Source: Azolla caroliniana
Lineage: Eukaryota > Plantae > Polypodiophyta
NCBI GenBank assembly: GCA_043228905.1
Contig: JBHGNT010000020.1
Coordinates: forward strand, 13,702,001 to 13,766,000
Reading direction: 5' to 3'
Length of the DNA: 64,000 bases
The notes below the pieces were generated by a model. It was given only the letters and a program-made list of their open reading frames with translations, was not told where the DNA came from and did not search any database. Shown one piece after another: positions 62,653 to 64,000 of this stretch. The position numbers and the translations under genes are program-made. Numbering within the stretch: position 1 is the first letter of the stretch; every line of letters starts with the position of its first letter.

Positions 62653-64000
62653 TCTCTCTCTCTCCCCATAAATTGAATATTGTGTTCCTAAATCCTAGCT
62701 CATTATCAAAATTTATTAGGTGGGTGATTGAGGTAAACGATTGATGGATCCAAAATCCCCAATCATTGTGTAAAGGAAGTGAATGGAAAACCTTACCCCT
62801 TCATTAGGTGAATGATTGAAGTAAATGATTGGTTGGATCCAAAACCCCTAATTGGTTAAACTGATCCTTCGAGGTTCTCTCTCTTATGTTGCGACTACAT
62901 TGTTTATCATCACTAATGTTGGATCAATGTTTTTTTAAAGATCTCATCACAAACCCAATAACTAACAACCATTAGTTTGTCAAAAACACACAACAATATT
63001 AGCGTAATCAATGTTTAGAAATATCTTGGTTATACATGTGAACATTTAATATGTTTGCCAATGGAAAGCTAGCATCATGATATATTATTCGATGCATGTG
63101 TAACTTATTATCAACATTAGTGGTGAATCATGATGATCAACCAACAATTTTCATTTCATTCTTGGTAATCTTGAGTGATTTGATTTATGATAGTTGTATC
63201 AATTTTCATGAAATATATTTCTATATGAAACCACTACTGTCAATGACACATACCATGGTAACTATAGTGGGAAATTAATTAACTTGATGAATGCGAATAA
63301 TGAGTCACAACACAAACCATAAGGGAGTACGACACAAACATTGATGGAGATTGAGCTAATGACAACTACAATCATTGTTTCCCCCTATTCTTCAACATCA
63401 AACTTGCGTAGTACGTAAAATTTGTGTTCGTCTAGTATAACATTCGTTTTCCTACGTTGGAAAACGAATGCGAATGTTATTCAAACATTTTTGTGTTTTT
63501 TTTTTTGTTTTTTTCTCCTTTTTTAAAGTTTTTTTTTGTTTTTTTTAGGTTTATTTACCTCATAATAAATAGCTAATCCAAAGGTATGGTATTTACCATT
63601 CTTCGAGGGTGTTTACCATACTCGAATGATTGAAATTATGGTACGTATGGTTCATACTATGCATGATCAAAGTCACTTCGCTCTATTTTTTTACTTTTCT
63701 CTTAAACCACCAATTTCTCCTCCCTAGTAAGTTTTACATTCCCGTAAGCTTTATATTCCCAAACTTTCATTGGGTTACATGTATACAAAGGCACAAATTT
63801 TTTCCCATTGCAAATAACAAACTCAATCCACTAAAAATAATCAAATAATTGCCATTATATGTGCATGATAATGAAGTAGTTACCTATCTCTTTATGGGAT
63901 ATGTTAACCATGAACATATCAGGTTTTATTTCTTGTCAGAGCTTCCTTTTTTTTCTGTAAGTTGTTTTTTGTCCGAGCATGATTGATTTTGCTAAAAACA

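Overview
Nuclear DNA of a land plant. The mix of Tcn1-type chromoviruses, tRNA-Trp-primed gypsy LTRs, a Sola/DUF7869-like transposase and RTEX-like LINEs suggests a non-seed plant such as a bryophyte, lycophyte or fern (inference). Host genes: two tandem nepenthesin-like aspartic protease copies 27,683 bp apart (the first carries an in-frame CGA>TGA stop, the second is intact with 2 exons); a 7-exon RRM gene on the minus strand that matches RBM41 rather than U11/U12-65K; plastid fibrillin FBN4 (4 exons); and a plastid-type DnaJ cysteine-rich zinc-finger gene (4 exons). Positions 1.7-26 kb are a nest of LTR retrotransposons and DNA-transposon remnants, and 54-63 kb holds copia and LINE remnants. 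Main leads: (1) an intact plant RBM41 orthologue; (2) an L1/Tx1-type LINE family whose copies sit in (GA)n microsatellites; (3) an antisense tRNA-like Pol III cassette at the U3 edge of a self-priming Tcn1 LTR; (4) a structured, U2-snRNA-like segment just before an LTR end and PBS; (5) a gag-only tRNA-Trp-primed element whose second LTR is again followed by a PBS. Protein and RNA family assignments come from recalled motifs, not database searches.
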